64,000 bases of DNA from Abditibacteriaceae bacterium (GCA_965277285.1 OZ255721.1:2656001-2720000); one strand, 5' to 3'; counted from the first letter of the stretch, positions 19,673 to 29,864 are shown. Made by a program: numbers and translations. Notes: generated from the letters alone by a model not told the origin.

Positions 19673-19713
19673 AAAGAAGCGCGGTTTTGTTGAAATGATG
19701 TTCAAGGTTTTTA

Positions 19714-21417
19714 ATGGGTAACAATCAGAATTCTTCGGGGCAGCAAACTTTTCGGTTTCTGCTCTTGTTTTTGGCGTCGTTTTTCCTGATCCGCAGCTTT
19801 TTTGCGCCAGGCAATAAAACGAATCCCGCCGCGCCGCGCCCCGCTCCCACTCTCGAAGCAGCTTTCAAAGGTGTTGATCCCGCGCAGCCGCCGATCTTGC
19901 AAAAAGACGCGGCTCAAACGGAACTTACAACTTTAGGCACTCAAATCGGTGGGCTGGAAGCCAAGCCGCAGCCCGGGTTTTGGGCGCGCATGTTGACGCC
20001 GTCCGCGTCCGACCCGAAAGAAACCGATGAGTATTCTTATTGGGCACGATTGCGCGCTGGTTTGCTGCGTCAATATGCGTTGAAAGATGCGAACGGCGCG
20101 GTTCAAATGTACGATCAGGTCGTCAATGGCGCCAACAGTGGCACGCCAGAACAAAATCGTATCAAGGCACAAGCGATTTTTCAAAAAGGCGATTTGCTAT
20201 GGCACACCACCAAACCCGGCGATGCCAAGCGACAGGACGCGACGGCGGCGCTCGAACAATTGGTGCATCAAGGGCGCGGCGCTTTACATCTTCTTGACCT
20301 GAATATTTTAGTTCCACAACCCGCGCCGTCTTCGACCAAAGATGAAGCGCAAGCGGTTTTGAATCCAACTGGTTTTCGCTCGATTCGAGTACGCGACTTT
20401 CGTGGCACAGCGGCGCAACCTGACCCCGAAGGCTTGCCAGATCGTGTCGATGTAGCCTATCAGGGAACGCCGTTTCACCAAGTTTTTGATGCGGTGGTGC
20501 GCTTGTTCGGCAACAATCCGAATTTTTCTTACGGCCTGGCGATTTTGTTTTTTGCGGTCGCTTTGCGCTTGATTTTGCAGCCTTTGAATAAAATGCAATA
20601 CGCGAGCACGCGCGGAATGGCCGCGATTTCGGAAGAAATGAAGGCGATTCAGGCCAAATACAAAGATAAACCGGATATGCAGATGCAGGCGATGAAGGAA
20701 ATTCGCGCCCTGCAAAAAGCGCACGGCGTGAACCCGACAATTGCGTGTGGCCTGGGCCTGGTTCAGCTGCCGATTTTCTTCTTTGTCGTTTACCCGCTGA
20801 TTCAGCATTACGAAGCGAAAATGCAATTGGCGGGCGCCTCGTTTTTATGGATCCATAGCCTGACGCAGCCCGATTATCCTTTGCTGGCGGCGTATGCGAT
20901 TTCACAGTTCCTCAGTTTTCGCTTGTCGTCCACGCCGCCCGCCGACGCGCAACAAGCACAAATGCAAGGCATCATGTCCTTTATGATGCCGTTGACGATC
21001 CCGTTTTTCCTGAAAGATTATCCTTCCGCTTTCACGCTTTATTGGATGATGTTCAACGTTTTATCCACGGCTTTCCAGTATCGCATGGTGAAATCCTATG
21101 ACCCGAATCACAATTTCGTGCGCGCCCTGATGCGCTCGCCTTTCACCGCGACCGTGGAAGAATCGTTGCCCTCGCGTCCGCAAAGCGCGGATGGAAAAGC
21201 TAAATTGAACGCTGCGCCGAACGCTTTCGACGGAGCGCGCAATGGAAAATTGAATGGCCAAGCGAACGGCAAAATCGCGTCGCCCGATGTCTTGAGCAAA
21301 ATCACGCCGCTCGATTTAACGAACGATGACGATGAAGTGATTGCGCCGCGAGCCAATGGCGACGGTTCCGCCAATGGAACGCGCACCTCATCGCGCAAAC
21401 GCCGACGTCGCCGTTAA
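19714..21417 (+). CDS. yidC: membrane protein insertase
   Basis: YGLAIL, IQAKYK, GVNP..C..LVQLPIF, FLWI.SL..PD, LYW; synteny. Confidence 0.93.
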   Translation: MGNNQNSSGQQTFRFLLLFLASFFLIRSFFAPGNKTNPAAPRPAPTLEAAFKGVDPAQPPILQKDAAQTELTTLGTQIGGLEAKPQPGFWARMLTPSASDPKETDEYSYWARLRAGLLRQYALKDANGAVQMYDQVVNGANSGTPEQNRIKAQAIFQKGDLLWHTTKPGDAKRQDATAALEQLVHQGRGALHLLDLNILVPQPAPSSTKDEAQAVLNPTGFRSIRVRDFRGTAAQPDPEGLPDRVDVAYQGTPFHQVFDAVVRLFGNNPNFSYGLAILFFAVALRLILQPLNKMQYASTRGMAAISEEMKAIQAKYKDKPDMQMQAMKEIRALQKAHGVNPTIACGLGLVQLPIFFFVVYPLIQHYEAKMQLAGASFLWIHSLTQPDYPLLAAYAISQFLSFRLSSTPPADAQQAQMQGIMSFMMPLTIPFFLKDYPSAFTLYWMMFNVLSTAFQYRMVKSYDPNHNFVRALMRSPFTATVEESLPSRPQSADGKAKLNAAPNAFDGARNGKLNGQANGKIASPDVLSKITPLDLTNDDDEVIAPRANGDGSANGTRTSSRKRRRRR

Positions 21418-21667
21418 AAGTTGGGTAGTAGCTTAAGTTGGTGGGGTTTGCGAATAAATTTGCACTGACTGGCACCTCACGAACCCGGGTGCCTTCGGGG
21501 CGGACGTGAGCGATGGGTCTTCGAGAACTTTTCACAAGACCCGTCGCTCACGTTTAGGATTCGTGAAAGAACTCACGGATGGAGCCATTACCGAAAGTTG
21601 ATGTTGTAGGGAATCGAGTACTCGAAGTTGCGCCGCACAGAAATTTTTTCTTTTACGAGGAACTGCC

Positions 21668-22762
21668 ATGACAGACGCCATTAAAAGTTTCAGCCCGATT
21701 CGCATGACGGCGGCCACCGAAGACGCCGCGGTCACTCAGGCGCTGCAAATCGTCGGAGCCGCGCGCGAAGATGTTTCCGTTGAAGTTCTCAGTCAAGATG
21801 CCAAAGGCGTGACGGTTCGCGTTAGCCCGCGCAAAGATGACGTGGCACCGATTACAGAATCGAGTACTCAAACGTCAGAGCCGCAAATCATCGAAGAGCA
21901 ACCGAACGTTTATCTTTCGACGAATACGCCCGGCGAAGAAGTCGCTGACGCGATGGATGCCGTTGTTCCGATTGAACCTGAAGCGGACTTGTCTGCGACC
22001 AACGATATTGACGAATTAAAAACTGTCGAAAACTTGCAGGATGTTTTGCCAACGTTGCCAGCCAACCAACCTGTGGTTTCCTCGGTCGCCGAAATCGCTG
22101 TTGCCGAAAATTCCGACGAGGAAGTTGTCGAAGCCGATGAGCAAAGCAAGGAACGCGCGCAAGCTTTGGCGCAGGAAATTTTGAATCGCATGGGCATGGA
22201 AGCCGAAGCGAAACTGATTTCCGCGCCTGCTGGTTCGGGACGTTCGGACGTGCCGCGCATTTATCTGCAAATCGACGGCGAAGATGTCGGCATTTTGATC
22301 GGCAAGCACGGGCAAACGCTGCAGTCGTTTCAATACCTTTTGAACGTGTCGCTGAACAATACGGGTGAAGAAGGCGAAGGCAATCATTTTCGCGTTTCGG
22401 TTGATGCGGGTGGGTATCGCGCGCGTCGCGGCGATGCTTTGCAGCAAATGGCGCTCGATGCGGCGGAACGTGCCAAGCGAGACCGCCGTTCGGTTCGATT
22501 GGAGCCGATGCCAGCGCATGAACGCCGCCTGGTTCACATGGCTTTGCAAAACGACGGCACCATTTCGACGAGCAGCGAAGGCCGTGAACCTTTGCGACAT
22601 GTCGTCGTAATTCCCGCTGGTGCGCGCCCATCGGCAGGCGGCGGAAGACCCAACGGCAGCTTTGGAGGACGCGACAACGCGCGCGAAGGCAATCGCGGCG
22701 GCTTCGGCGGGCGCTCGCGCGAAGGTAATAATCGTAATGGCGGCTATCGTGGGACGCGCTAA
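21668..22762 (+). CDS. jag: Jag/EloR KH-R3H RNA-binding protein
   Basis: LIGKHGQTLQSFQYL, LEPMPAHERRLVH. Confidence 0.93.
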   Translation: MTDAIKSFSPIRMTAATEDAAVTQALQIVGAAREDVSVEVLSQDAKGVTVRVSPRKDDVAPITESSTQTSEPQIIEEQPNVYLSTNTPGEEVADAMDAVVPIEPEADLSATNDIDELKTVENLQDVLPTLPANQPVVSSVAEIAVAENSDEEVVEADEQSKERAQALAQEILNRMGMEAEAKLISAPAGSGRSDVPRIYLQIDGEDVGILIGKHGQTLQSFQYLLNVSLNNTGEEGEGNHFRVSVDAGGYRARRGDALQQMALDAAERAKRDRRSVRLEPMPAHERRLVHMALQNDGTISTSSEGREPLRHVVVIPAGARPSAGGGRPNGSFGGRDNAREGNRGGFGGRSREGNNRNGGYRGTR

Positions 22763-22835
22763 AGCGAACCCGCAGCGTGAGCAAGGGAAACGAAAGTTGT
22801 AATCTCCCTTGCTCACGCTGCGGGTTCGCTTTAGC
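22758..22835. repeat. REP-like palindrome, family A (related copies 21477-21566 and 44767-44862)
   Basis: gaacccgcagcgtgagcaaggga...tcccttgctcacgctgcgggttc. Confidence 0.75.
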
Positions 22836-22950
22836 ACAGCAGAAACGGCTCGTGCGTGCTACAATAAAGCATCATTTGTGTTAAGCAGAAAGTAGATTGA
22901 GCGTCATTCGAGTACTCGAATGCGTGTTTTAGGTGCTTGTTTCAGGTTTG

Positions 22951-23325
22951 ATGATGAAGACGAAAAAAGCGCCCAAAACTGCGCTGCCGACGCGCCGCGA
23001 TGTGCTGAAAATGCGGCCCGTTCGCAACCCGAGTTTGGTGTGGGACGAGCAGGAAGGCCAAGTCGTGTTGCATATCACGCACGCTCATACGAGTTGGAAA
23101 GCGCGCTTGCTCAGTGTCTTTATGGACTTGCCGCGCAGCCGCACGGTTGTTCTCGACCCGGTCGGAACCGACATCTGGAAAGAAATTGACGGCGAGAAAA
23201 CCTTCGCTCAACTGGCCCAGATGCTGGCGAAAAAGCATCAATTGACGCCGCGCGAAGCCGAAGTTTCGCTCCAGCAGTTTTTTAAGGAACTGGCGCGGCG
23301 CGGTTATGTCGCATTCGCAAAGTAA
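22951..23325 (+). CDS. PqqD-like (RRE-fold) protein
   Basis: LDPVGTDIWKEIDGEKT..QL...L...F..EL.RRGYV. Confidence 0.75.
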   Translation: MMKTKKAPKTALPTRRDVLKMRPVRNPSLVWDEQEGQVVLHITHAHTSWKARLLSVFMDLPRSRTVVLDPVGTDIWKEIDGEKTFAQLAQMLAKKHQLTPREAEVSLQQFFKELARRGYVAFAK

Positions 23326-23389
23326 GTCGTGAACCAAGTTAGTCAGTGCAGTCGTGGAATCGAGTACTGGATTGGCCGGGAGCACTTTT

Positions 23390-24010
23390 ATGGCAGCGGT
23401 AAATGTCGGTTCAACAAATTTAGGCCCGGCGAAAATTGACCGGCAAATCTCACTTCCCCTTAATCAAGCGATGAAAATTGCGATGCGCAATATCACGATT
23501 CGCCTGGGGCGCGCCCTGATTACCGGCGCGGGAACCATGCTGGGCATCGCGTTTTTGATGAGCGTTTTTACCGCGAACCTGGTGCAGCAGGCGCTGGGCG
23601 TTGATACAACTATCGCGCAGCAGCAAAAAGCGTTATGGCTGGTCACCATGAGTTTGCTGGTGTCGGTCGTCGGCATCACCAATTCGATGTTGATGAGCGT
23701 GACCGAACGCTATAAAGAAATTGGCACCATGAAATGCCTGGGCGCGCTGGATAACTTCATCATCAAATTGTTCCTGCTCGAATCGGGTTTTCTCGGGTTT
23801 TTCGGTTCGCTGATTGGCGCGATTATTGGCGCTTCGTTTATTTTGATCACCAAAATTAGCGCTTGGGGCAACCTGAACTGGGGACTTTTGTTGATTTACT
23901 TTTTGTCTTGTATTGGCATTGGCACAGTTCTCAGCATCGTGGCCGCGATGGGACCAGCAATTCGCGCCGCGCGTATGGCACCAATTGAAGCGATGCGCAC
24001 TGAAGTTTAA
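23390..24010 (+). CDS. FtsX/MacB-like ABC permease
   Basis: NSMLMSVTERYKEIGTMKCLGA; PAIRAARMAPIEAMR. Confidence 0.88.
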   Translation: MAAVNVGSTNLGPAKIDRQISLPLNQAMKIAMRNITIRLGRALITGAGTMLGIAFLMSVFTANLVQQALGVDTTIAQQQKALWLVTMSLLVSVVGITNSMLMSVTERYKEIGTMKCLGALDNFIIKLFLLESGFLGFFGSLIGAIIGASFILITKISAWGNLNWGLLLIYFLSCIGIGTVLSIVAAMGPAIRAARMAPIEAMRTEV

Positions 24011-24058
24011 GCGTGTCCGAACCGAATTTCTTTTGCGACTTTACAAGGAGTACTCGAA

Positions 24059-24973
24059 ATGGCGACAGAACAATCGTCCGCGACCACAGGAGCCGTCACG
24101 ACCACAGAAAACGGCGCTTTTGCATCTCCCGAAGTTTTGGTTGGAACCGATAGCGCGGCGCGCGGCCCAGTCGCAGTTCTGAACGCGCCGACCGTTCCTG
24201 CAACTGCTACGCATTACGCTGCATCGGACGATGAATATGTCGGTCAGGAATACATCGTGCGCGCCAAAGGCATCAAGAAAACCTACGAAGTCGGTGGCAA
24301 TCAAGTTCACGCCTTGCGCGGCGTTGACATCGACATCCGTCGCGGCGAATATATTTCGATTATGGGGCCGTCGGGTTCGGGAAAATCAACCTTGTTCAAC
24401 ATGATTGGCGGTCTGGACAAACCGACCGAAGGCACCGTTTTTATTGATGAAGTCGACATGTCGCAGCTCGATCCTTTTGAGTTGGCGTGGTTGCGCTGTC
24501 GCAAAATCGGCTATATTTTCCAAACCTTCAACTTGATTCCGGTAATGACGGCGTTTGAAAACATCACGCTGCCGATGATTTTCGCGGGTGCCAGCGCCGA
24601 CGAGCAGATGGAAAAAGGTCGCAAGCTGCTCGATCAAGTCGGCATTTTGCATCGCAAAGACAACAAGCCCGGACAGCTTTCCGGTGGTCAGCAGCAACGC
24701 GTGGCAATTGCGCGCAGCCTGGCCAACGATCCGGCAATTATTCTGGCCGATGAACCGACCGGCAACCTCGACCAGAAAACCGGTAAAGAAATCATCGAAT
24801 TGCTGAAAAAGCTGAACAAGGAAAGCGGCGTGACGGTGATTACCGCAACGCACGATGACAAAATGCTGAGGATTTCCGACCGCATCGTTGTCGTTTCCGA
24901 CGGTCAGGTGACGAACATTATGACGCCTGCAGAAATGGACTTGGAGCGCGGCACGGTCGGCGGCTTTCACTAA
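24059..24973 (+). CDS. ABC transporter ATP-binding protein (LolD/MacB-like)
   Basis: GPSGSGKST, LSGGQQQR, LADEPTGNLD. Confidence 0.93.
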   Translation: MATEQSSATTGAVTTTENGAFASPEVLVGTDSAARGPVAVLNAPTVPATATHYAASDDEYVGQEYIVRAKGIKKTYEVGGNQVHALRGVDIDIRRGEYISIMGPSGSGKSTLFNMIGGLDKPTEGTVFIDEVDMSQLDPFELAWLRCRKIGYIFQTFNLIPVMTAFENITLPMIFAGASADEQMEKGRKLLDQVGILHRKDNKPGQLSGGQQQRVAIARSLANDPAIILADEPTGNLDQKTGKEIIELLKKLNKESGVTVITATHDDKMLRISDRIVVVSDGQVTNIMTPAEMDLERGTVGGFH

Positions 24974-25086
24974 ATAGCATAGCGGGCTTATCTGGAGGGG
25001 CGCAGCATGCTGCGCCCCTCCTTTTCGTTTCTGCTTTCCCGTTCGAGTACTCGAAATCGCTTTTCGCGTGGTAAGATAAGCCATAT

Positions 25087-25686
25087 ATGACGAGCGAGCA
25101 TCCACAGCGCGGAATGTTGCTGGTGTTATCAGGGCCATCGGGCGTTGGCAAAGACACCGTCTGGCAAGTCGCCGCGCCCTGTTTATCCACCTTTGGCAAA
25201 GCTATTACCTGCACCACGCGACAGGCGCGCCCAGGCGAAATCGACGGCGTCCACTACTTTTTCGTGTCGAACCAAGCCTTCGATGCGATGATTGAAAACG
25301 ATGAATTGCTGGAATGGGCGATGGTTAACAACAATCGCTACGGCGTTCCGGTTTCGTCAGTCACCAAGCGTTTGGACAGCGGGCACGATGTGATTTGCAT
25401 CATCGAAGTGCAGGGCGCCTTGAAAATTCGCTATCTTTTTCCCGATTCGCTGTTGATTTTCCTCAAGCCGCCGATTGGGCGCGAAACCGAAGTTTTGAAG
25501 CAGCGCATCGAAAAGCGCGGTGCCGAAAACGCGCAGCAAATTGAAACACGTTTGCAAACAGCGACCTGGGAAATGGCGCAAAGCGCGCACTACGATTACG
25601 AAATCGTCAACGATGAAGTCGAAGAAACCGCACAACGTTTGTGCGAAATCATCGCGCGCGAAAAGATGCGGCGGACCGTTAAATGA
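25087..25686 (+). CDS. gmk: guanylate kinase
   Basis: SGPSGVGKDT, TTR.ARPGEIDGVHYFF. Confidence 0.95.
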   Translation: MTSEHPQRGMLLVLSGPSGVGKDTVWQVAAPCLSTFGKAITCTTRQARPGEIDGVHYFFVSNQAFDAMIENDELLEWAMVNNNRYGVPVSSVTKRLDSGHDVICIIEVQGALKIRYLFPDSLLIFLKPPIGRETEVLKQRIEKRGAENAQQIETRLQTATWEMAQSAHYDYEIVNDEVEETAQRLCEIIAREKMRRTVK

Positions 25687-25752
25687 TTACCGTTCGAGTA
25701 CTCGAATATAAAAACCTCGCGCCATTTTCAGATTTTTCTGGCGGTTCTCTGT

Positions 25753-26034
25753 TTGGTGGTTGCGCTATGTTGTTTCGTTCCGGTCTGGCCGGTTGATAAC
25801 GAAATCGGCTGGCTGCCGCGCTATCTTTTTGCGACAGCGTTTGTTTTTTGGCTGTCAGCCGCTTACGTTTTCGCGCAAATTGCGCAGCGCACGCGTTGGA
25901 AACGCATCGCCATCGAAGGCATTTTCGTGACGGCGATTTTTGTGACGATAGCTTGGGTTAATTTGCCGCACCAAGGTTTGAACGAACAGAACAAATGGCA
26001 ATGGTTGATGTCGCGCCATCACAATTCACAATAA
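25753..26034 (+). CDS. small membrane protein, start uncertain
   Basis: Three hydrophobic segments; in frame just after the gmk TGA. Confidence 0.45.
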   Translation: MVVALCCFVPVWPVDNEIGWLPRYLFATAFVFWLSAAYVFAQIAQRTRWKRIAIEGIFVTAIFVTIAWVNLPHQGLNEQNKWQWLMSRHHNSQ

Positions 26035-26097
26035 CCAATGACGCCACGCTGGTGCGAAGTCAGGAAACGCGTTCGAGTACTCGAAACAAGTAATTTC

Positions 26098-26232
26098 TGG
26101 GAACAGCGTCTGGATTTGAACCAGAATTTCCAGTTTGGAGATAACCCTGAACCATCGGCCCAAGAAAGGCAAGTTGCGGGCAGGGAAAGAGCCGAAGCTC
26201 GCTGGCGTCCTCGCCTTTAGACGACGCTGTTC
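26098..26232 (-). ncRNA. tRNA-like RNA with expanded anticodon arm (Y RNA/YrlA-like), CCA-ended
   Basis: Acceptor GAACAGCG/CGCTGTTC+CCA, D arm GTCT..GGAC, CCAG/CTGG stem enclosing ~68 nt, T arm TCTGG-TTCAAAT-CCAGA. Confidence 0.8.
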
Positions 26233-26237
26233 GTTTT

Positions 26238-26387
26238 CTTCGCAGACGCCGACGGGATTTGAACCCGCGACCTCCGGCGTAATGATAACCTTCTTCTATC
26301 GGCTCAAATAATCAAGCAAGTTGGCGAGGAAGGGAATTGGCTTGCGCCTTCCGGCGAGCTGACCACTGCTCCACGACATCTGCGAAG
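26238..26387 (-). ncRNA. second tRNA-like RNA with expanded anticodon arm (Y RNA/YrlA-like)
   Basis: Extended acceptor CTTCGCAGATGTCG/CGGCGTCTGCGAAG, D arm GAGC..GCTC, CCGG/CCGG stem enclosing ~73 nt, T arm GCGGG-TTCAAAT-CCCGT; TATAAT at 26395-26400 on the minus strand just upstream. Confidence 0.8.
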
Positions 26388-26409
26388 AATCGTCATTATA
26401 CTTCAATTT

Positions 26410-27651
26410 ATGAACGGCAAAAACATCATTCTCGGTGTATGCGGCGGAATTGCGGCGTATAAAAGCTGCGAATTGGCGTCGCGCCTGGCGCAAAAGGGCG
26501 CGCGCGTTCACGTCGTGATGACCGACAATGCGAAGCGTTTTGTCAATCCGCAAACCTTTGCCGCATTAACGTTACAGCCGGTTCACACAAGTTTGTGGCC
26601 GCAAAATCTGGAAAATGAAAGCGGCGTGGCGGCTTCGATGGCGCATATTTCCTTGGCGCGCGAAGCCGATGCAATTTTGATCGCGCCCACGACAGCGAAC
26701 ACGATTGCAAAACTGGTGCACGGCATGGCCGACGATTTACTGACAACGATTTGCCTGGCGACGCGCGCGCCGATTTTAGTTGCGCCTGCCATGAATCCGC
26801 AAATGTGGTCGCATCCGGCGACACAAAAAAACCTTCGTGCGCTGCAAGACTTAGGTTACGAAATTATTCAGCCGGAAAGCGGGCGCATGGCGTGCGAAGA
26901 TGTTGGCAGCGGTCGCTTACCGGAAACAACAGTTTTAATCGAAGCCTTGAATCGAGTACTCGAAAGAGCGCAAATACTGCAGGATTTCGCGGGAAAGACG
27001 GTTTTGGTGACAGCTGGCCCGACACGCGAATTGCTTGATCCGGTGCGATTTCTCACCAATCGCAGTAGCGGAAAAATGGGTTACGCGATTGCGCATGAAA
27101 TGCAAAGCCGCGGCGCGAAAGTGCAACTTGTCAGCGGCCCGACGAATCTTTCAACGCCAACAAACGTGGAACGAATTAACGTGGAACGAATTGATGTGAC
27201 GACGACGCAGGAGATGTTCGAGGCCGCGACCAAAATCGCGCACGATGTGAACATTATCATCGCGTGTGCCGCGCCCGCCGATTTTCGCGCCAGGACAATC
27301 GCGCCGCAGAAAATCAAGAAATCGAGTACTCGAAAGAGTTTGCAACTCGAACTTGAAGCGACGCCCGACATCGTGGCCGCGATTGCAAAAGCGAAGAAAC
27401 CGCAGCAAATTGTGATCGGTTTCGCGGCGGAAACCGAGGATTTAGTGAAAAACGCGCGCCACAAACTGGTCGAGAAGAATCTTGATGCGATTGTGGCGAA
27501 CGATGTTTCAGGCGATCAAAGTGGTTTCGACAGCGACTTCAATCGCGTGACGTGGATCACAAAAAACGGTGAAGAATCGTGGCCGCTGATTCGTAAAAGC
27601 GAAGTCGCCGCGCGCTTGTGCGACGCCATCGCCAAGATGTCAGAAAAATAG
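26410..27651 (+). CDS. coaBC: phosphopantothenoylcysteine decarboxylase/synthase
   Basis: GGIAAYK, APAMN, TAGPTRE..DPVRF..NRSSGKMG, GFAAET. Confidence 0.97.
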   Translation: MNGKNIILGVCGGIAAYKSCELASRLAQKGARVHVVMTDNAKRFVNPQTFAALTLQPVHTSLWPQNLENESGVAASMAHISLAREADAILIAPTTANTIAKLVHGMADDLLTTICLATRAPILVAPAMNPQMWSHPATQKNLRALQDLGYEIIQPESGRMACEDVGSGRLPETTVLIEALNRVLERAQILQDFAGKTVLVTAGPTRELLDPVRFLTNRSSGKMGYAIAHEMQSRGAKVQLVSGPTNLSTPTNVERINVERIDVTTTQEMFEAATKIAHDVNIIIACAAPADFRARTIAPQKIKKSSTRKSLQLELEATPDIVAAIAKAKKPQQIVIGFAAETEDLVKNARHKLVEKNLDAIVANDVSGDQSGFDSDFNRVTWITKNGEESWPLIRKSEVAARLCDAIAKMSEK

Positions 27652-27705
27652 CCACAAAGAGCACAAAAGTAATCGGCAAATTTTTTTGTGCTCTTTGTGG
27701 CTATT

Positions 27706-28305
27706 TCATCGTATGGCTTGCGCGCAGTTCGGGCATTCGCGGATGACGCGGAATTGGTCGTTCATGCTTTCAAACTTGGCGCGCGGCCCCATGTAAGAGC
27801 AATCGCCGCACTTCATCCAACCTGTGGGAATGCGGCTGACAAACGGCGCCGCGTCTTCGCTGTTTTGTTCGACAGATGCGCTATAACGATTGGCGCGCCG
27901 CAACTGTGCGACGACGCGCGCGACCAGCAGCTTGGGATCAAATGGCTTGATGACGTAATCATCAGCGCCCAATTTCAGGCCGTGCATTTGGTCTTCGGGC
28001 TGGTCGCGCGCTGTCGCCATGATGATCGGCACGTTGCTCGATGCGCGGATTTTGCTGCACACTTCGTAACCCGTCATGTCGGGCAACATCAAGTCGAGCA
28101 ACACCAAATCAACGGCGTGTTGCTGGAAAATCTGCAAACCGGCGCGACCGCTTGGCGCTGTGAGAGTTCCTAACTTTGCCTTGGTCAGGTTCGCTTCAAT
28201 CAGGCGCGCGATGTGCGGATCGTCCTCAATCACTAAAATCTGAAAACGTGGTTCGTTATTGGTCAGGTTGTTCGATGTTTGATGGTTCATAGGCTCAAGT
28301 TTCAT
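27706..28305 (-). CDS. response regulator: receiver domain plus C-terminal CxxC..CxxC
   Basis: ILVIEDD, LLDLMLP, GADDYVIKPF; CGDC...CPNC. Confidence 0.85.
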   Translation of the reverse strand: MKLEPMNHQTSNNLTNNEPRFQILVIEDDPHIARLIEANLTKAKLGTLTAPSGRAGLQIFQQHAVDLVLLDLMLPDMTGYEVCSKIRASSNVPIIMATARDQPEDQMHGLKLGADDYVIKPFDPKLLVARVVAQLRRANRYSASVEQNSEDAAPFVSRIPTGWMKCGDCSYMGPRAKFESMNDQFRVIRECPNCAQAIR

Positions 28306-28501
28306 TTGTGAAAAGTTTCACGACAGTTGGAATCTTAGCTGATGCAGATTAAGGGCAGGTTACATTTGGCTGAAGTTTGTGTAGATTTTGCACATTGATT
28401 AAAATAGATTGAGTACTCGATTGTGAGTGCAGGCGAAAAGGTGCTGACTGTTCGACGTGGGGAACAAGGCGCCTTTCGCTGTTCAATTCGATGGAGAAAC
28501 C

Positions 28502-29683
28502 ATGACAAGTTATCATTTCACGAGCGAGAGCGTGACCGAAGGCCATCCCGACAAAATGGCCGATCAGATTTCGGACGCCGTTTTGGATGCCATGCTGCGC
28601 GACGATCCGACTTCGCGCGTCGCCTGCGAAACCTTTCTAACGACGGGTTTGGTGCTGGTGGCCGGAGAAATCACCACCAAAACTTATGTCGAGATTCCAC
28701 AACTGGTACGCAAAGTCATCAAAGATATTGGCTACACGCGCGCCAAATTCGGCTTCGATTACCTGACGACGGGCATTATGACGAGCATTCAGCAGCAATC
28801 GCCCGACATCGCGCAAGGCGTCAATCAAAGCGAAGAAGCGCGCGAAGGCAACAAAGACCCATATGAGACAACGGGTGCTGGCGATCAAGGTATGATGTTC
28901 GGTTATGCCGCGAACGAAACGCCGCAATTGATGCCGTTGCCGATTTCTCTGGCGCACAAACTGGCGCACCAATTGGCCGACGTGCGCAAAAATGAAACGC
29001 TTTCGTATTTGCGCCCCGATGGCAAAACTCAAGTCACCGTCCGATACGAAAACGACAAGCCAGTCGCCGTCGATAAGATTTTGATTTCGACGCAGCATCG
29101 TCCCGATGTCGATCAAAAGCAGATTCAAGCCGACTTGATTGCGCACGTTATCAAGCCGGTTCTGGGCGAACAATGGTATCACGAAGGCATCGAAATCTTC
29201 GTCAACCCGACGGGACGTTTCGTGATCGGCGGGCCGCAGGGCGATACCGGTTTGACGGGACGCAAAATCATCGTCGACACATACGGAGGCATGGGGCGTC
29301 ACGGCGGCGGCGCGTTCAGTGGCAAAGACCCGACGAAAGTGGATCGTTCGGCGTGTTACATGATGCGCTATGTGGCGAAAAATATTGTCGCTTCGGGCTT
29401 GGCCGAGCGTTGCGAAACGCAAGTCGCCTATGCGATTGGCAAAGCCGAGCCACTTTCGGTTTACGTCAATACTTTTGGCACAGGCCAGGTTTCCGACGCG
29501 GCAATTGCCAAAGCTATCCGCGAAACTTTTGATCTTCGCCCTAAAGCGATCATTGATTCGCTGAACCTTTTGCGCCCAATTTATCGCAAAACGTCCAACT
29601 ACGGTCACTTTGGCCGCGAAGATGTTGACTTTACCTGGGAAAAAACCGACAAAATCGAGGCCTTGAAAAAAGCTGCCGGTTAA
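28502..29683 (+). CDS. metK: S-adenosylmethionine synthetase
   Basis: [35 protein letters not shown]. Confidence 0.98.
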   Translation: MTSYHFTSESVTEGHPDKMADQISDAVLDAMLRDDPTSRVACETFLTTGLVLVAGEITTKTYVEIPQLVRKVIKDIGYTRAKFGFDYLTTGIMTSIQQQSPDIAQGVNQSEEAREGNKDPYETTGAGDQGMMFGYAANETPQLMPLPISLAHKLAHQLADVRKNETLSYLRPDGKTQVTVRYENDKPVAVDKILISTQHRPDVDQKQIQADLIAHVIKPVLGEQWYHEGIEIFVNPTGRFVIGGPQGDTGLTGRKIIVDTYGGMGRHGGGAFSGKDPTKVDRSACYMMRYVAKNIVASGLAERCETQVAYAIGKAEPLSVYVNTFGTGQVSDAAIAKAIRETFDLRPKAIIDSLNLLRPIYRKTSNYGHFGREDVDFTWEKTDKIEALKKAAG

Positions 29684-29834
29684 AGCAGGACGAGTTCTTT
29701 CCAATCGTTTATCGAGTACTCGAACGCCATGAACTTTTTGATAAGTTCATGGCGTTTTCTTTTTTATAAATGTCAATTTGGAACGTTCTTTGCTCATTGA
29801 CTACCTTCGAGATGGGAAATAAGGAAAAAAGTCG

Positions 29835-29864
29835 TTGACAAGCTGGAAAAAGGCTTGTTATAAT
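29835..29864 (+). promoter_or_regulatory. consensus sigma70-type promoter
   Basis: TTGACA-N18-TATAAT with TGn extension. Confidence 0.55.

Noticed and set aside
26098..26387. Canonical tRNAs, group I intron tRNAs or tmRNA
   Set aside because: Inserts of ~70 nt are too short for self-splicing introns or a tmRNA tag region; D arms are intact
25686..26410. rpoZ expected between gmk and coaBC
   Set aside because: No omega-like ORF seen
28306..28501. SAM riboswitch upstream of metK
   Set aside because: No recognisable SAM-I core or terminator by eye
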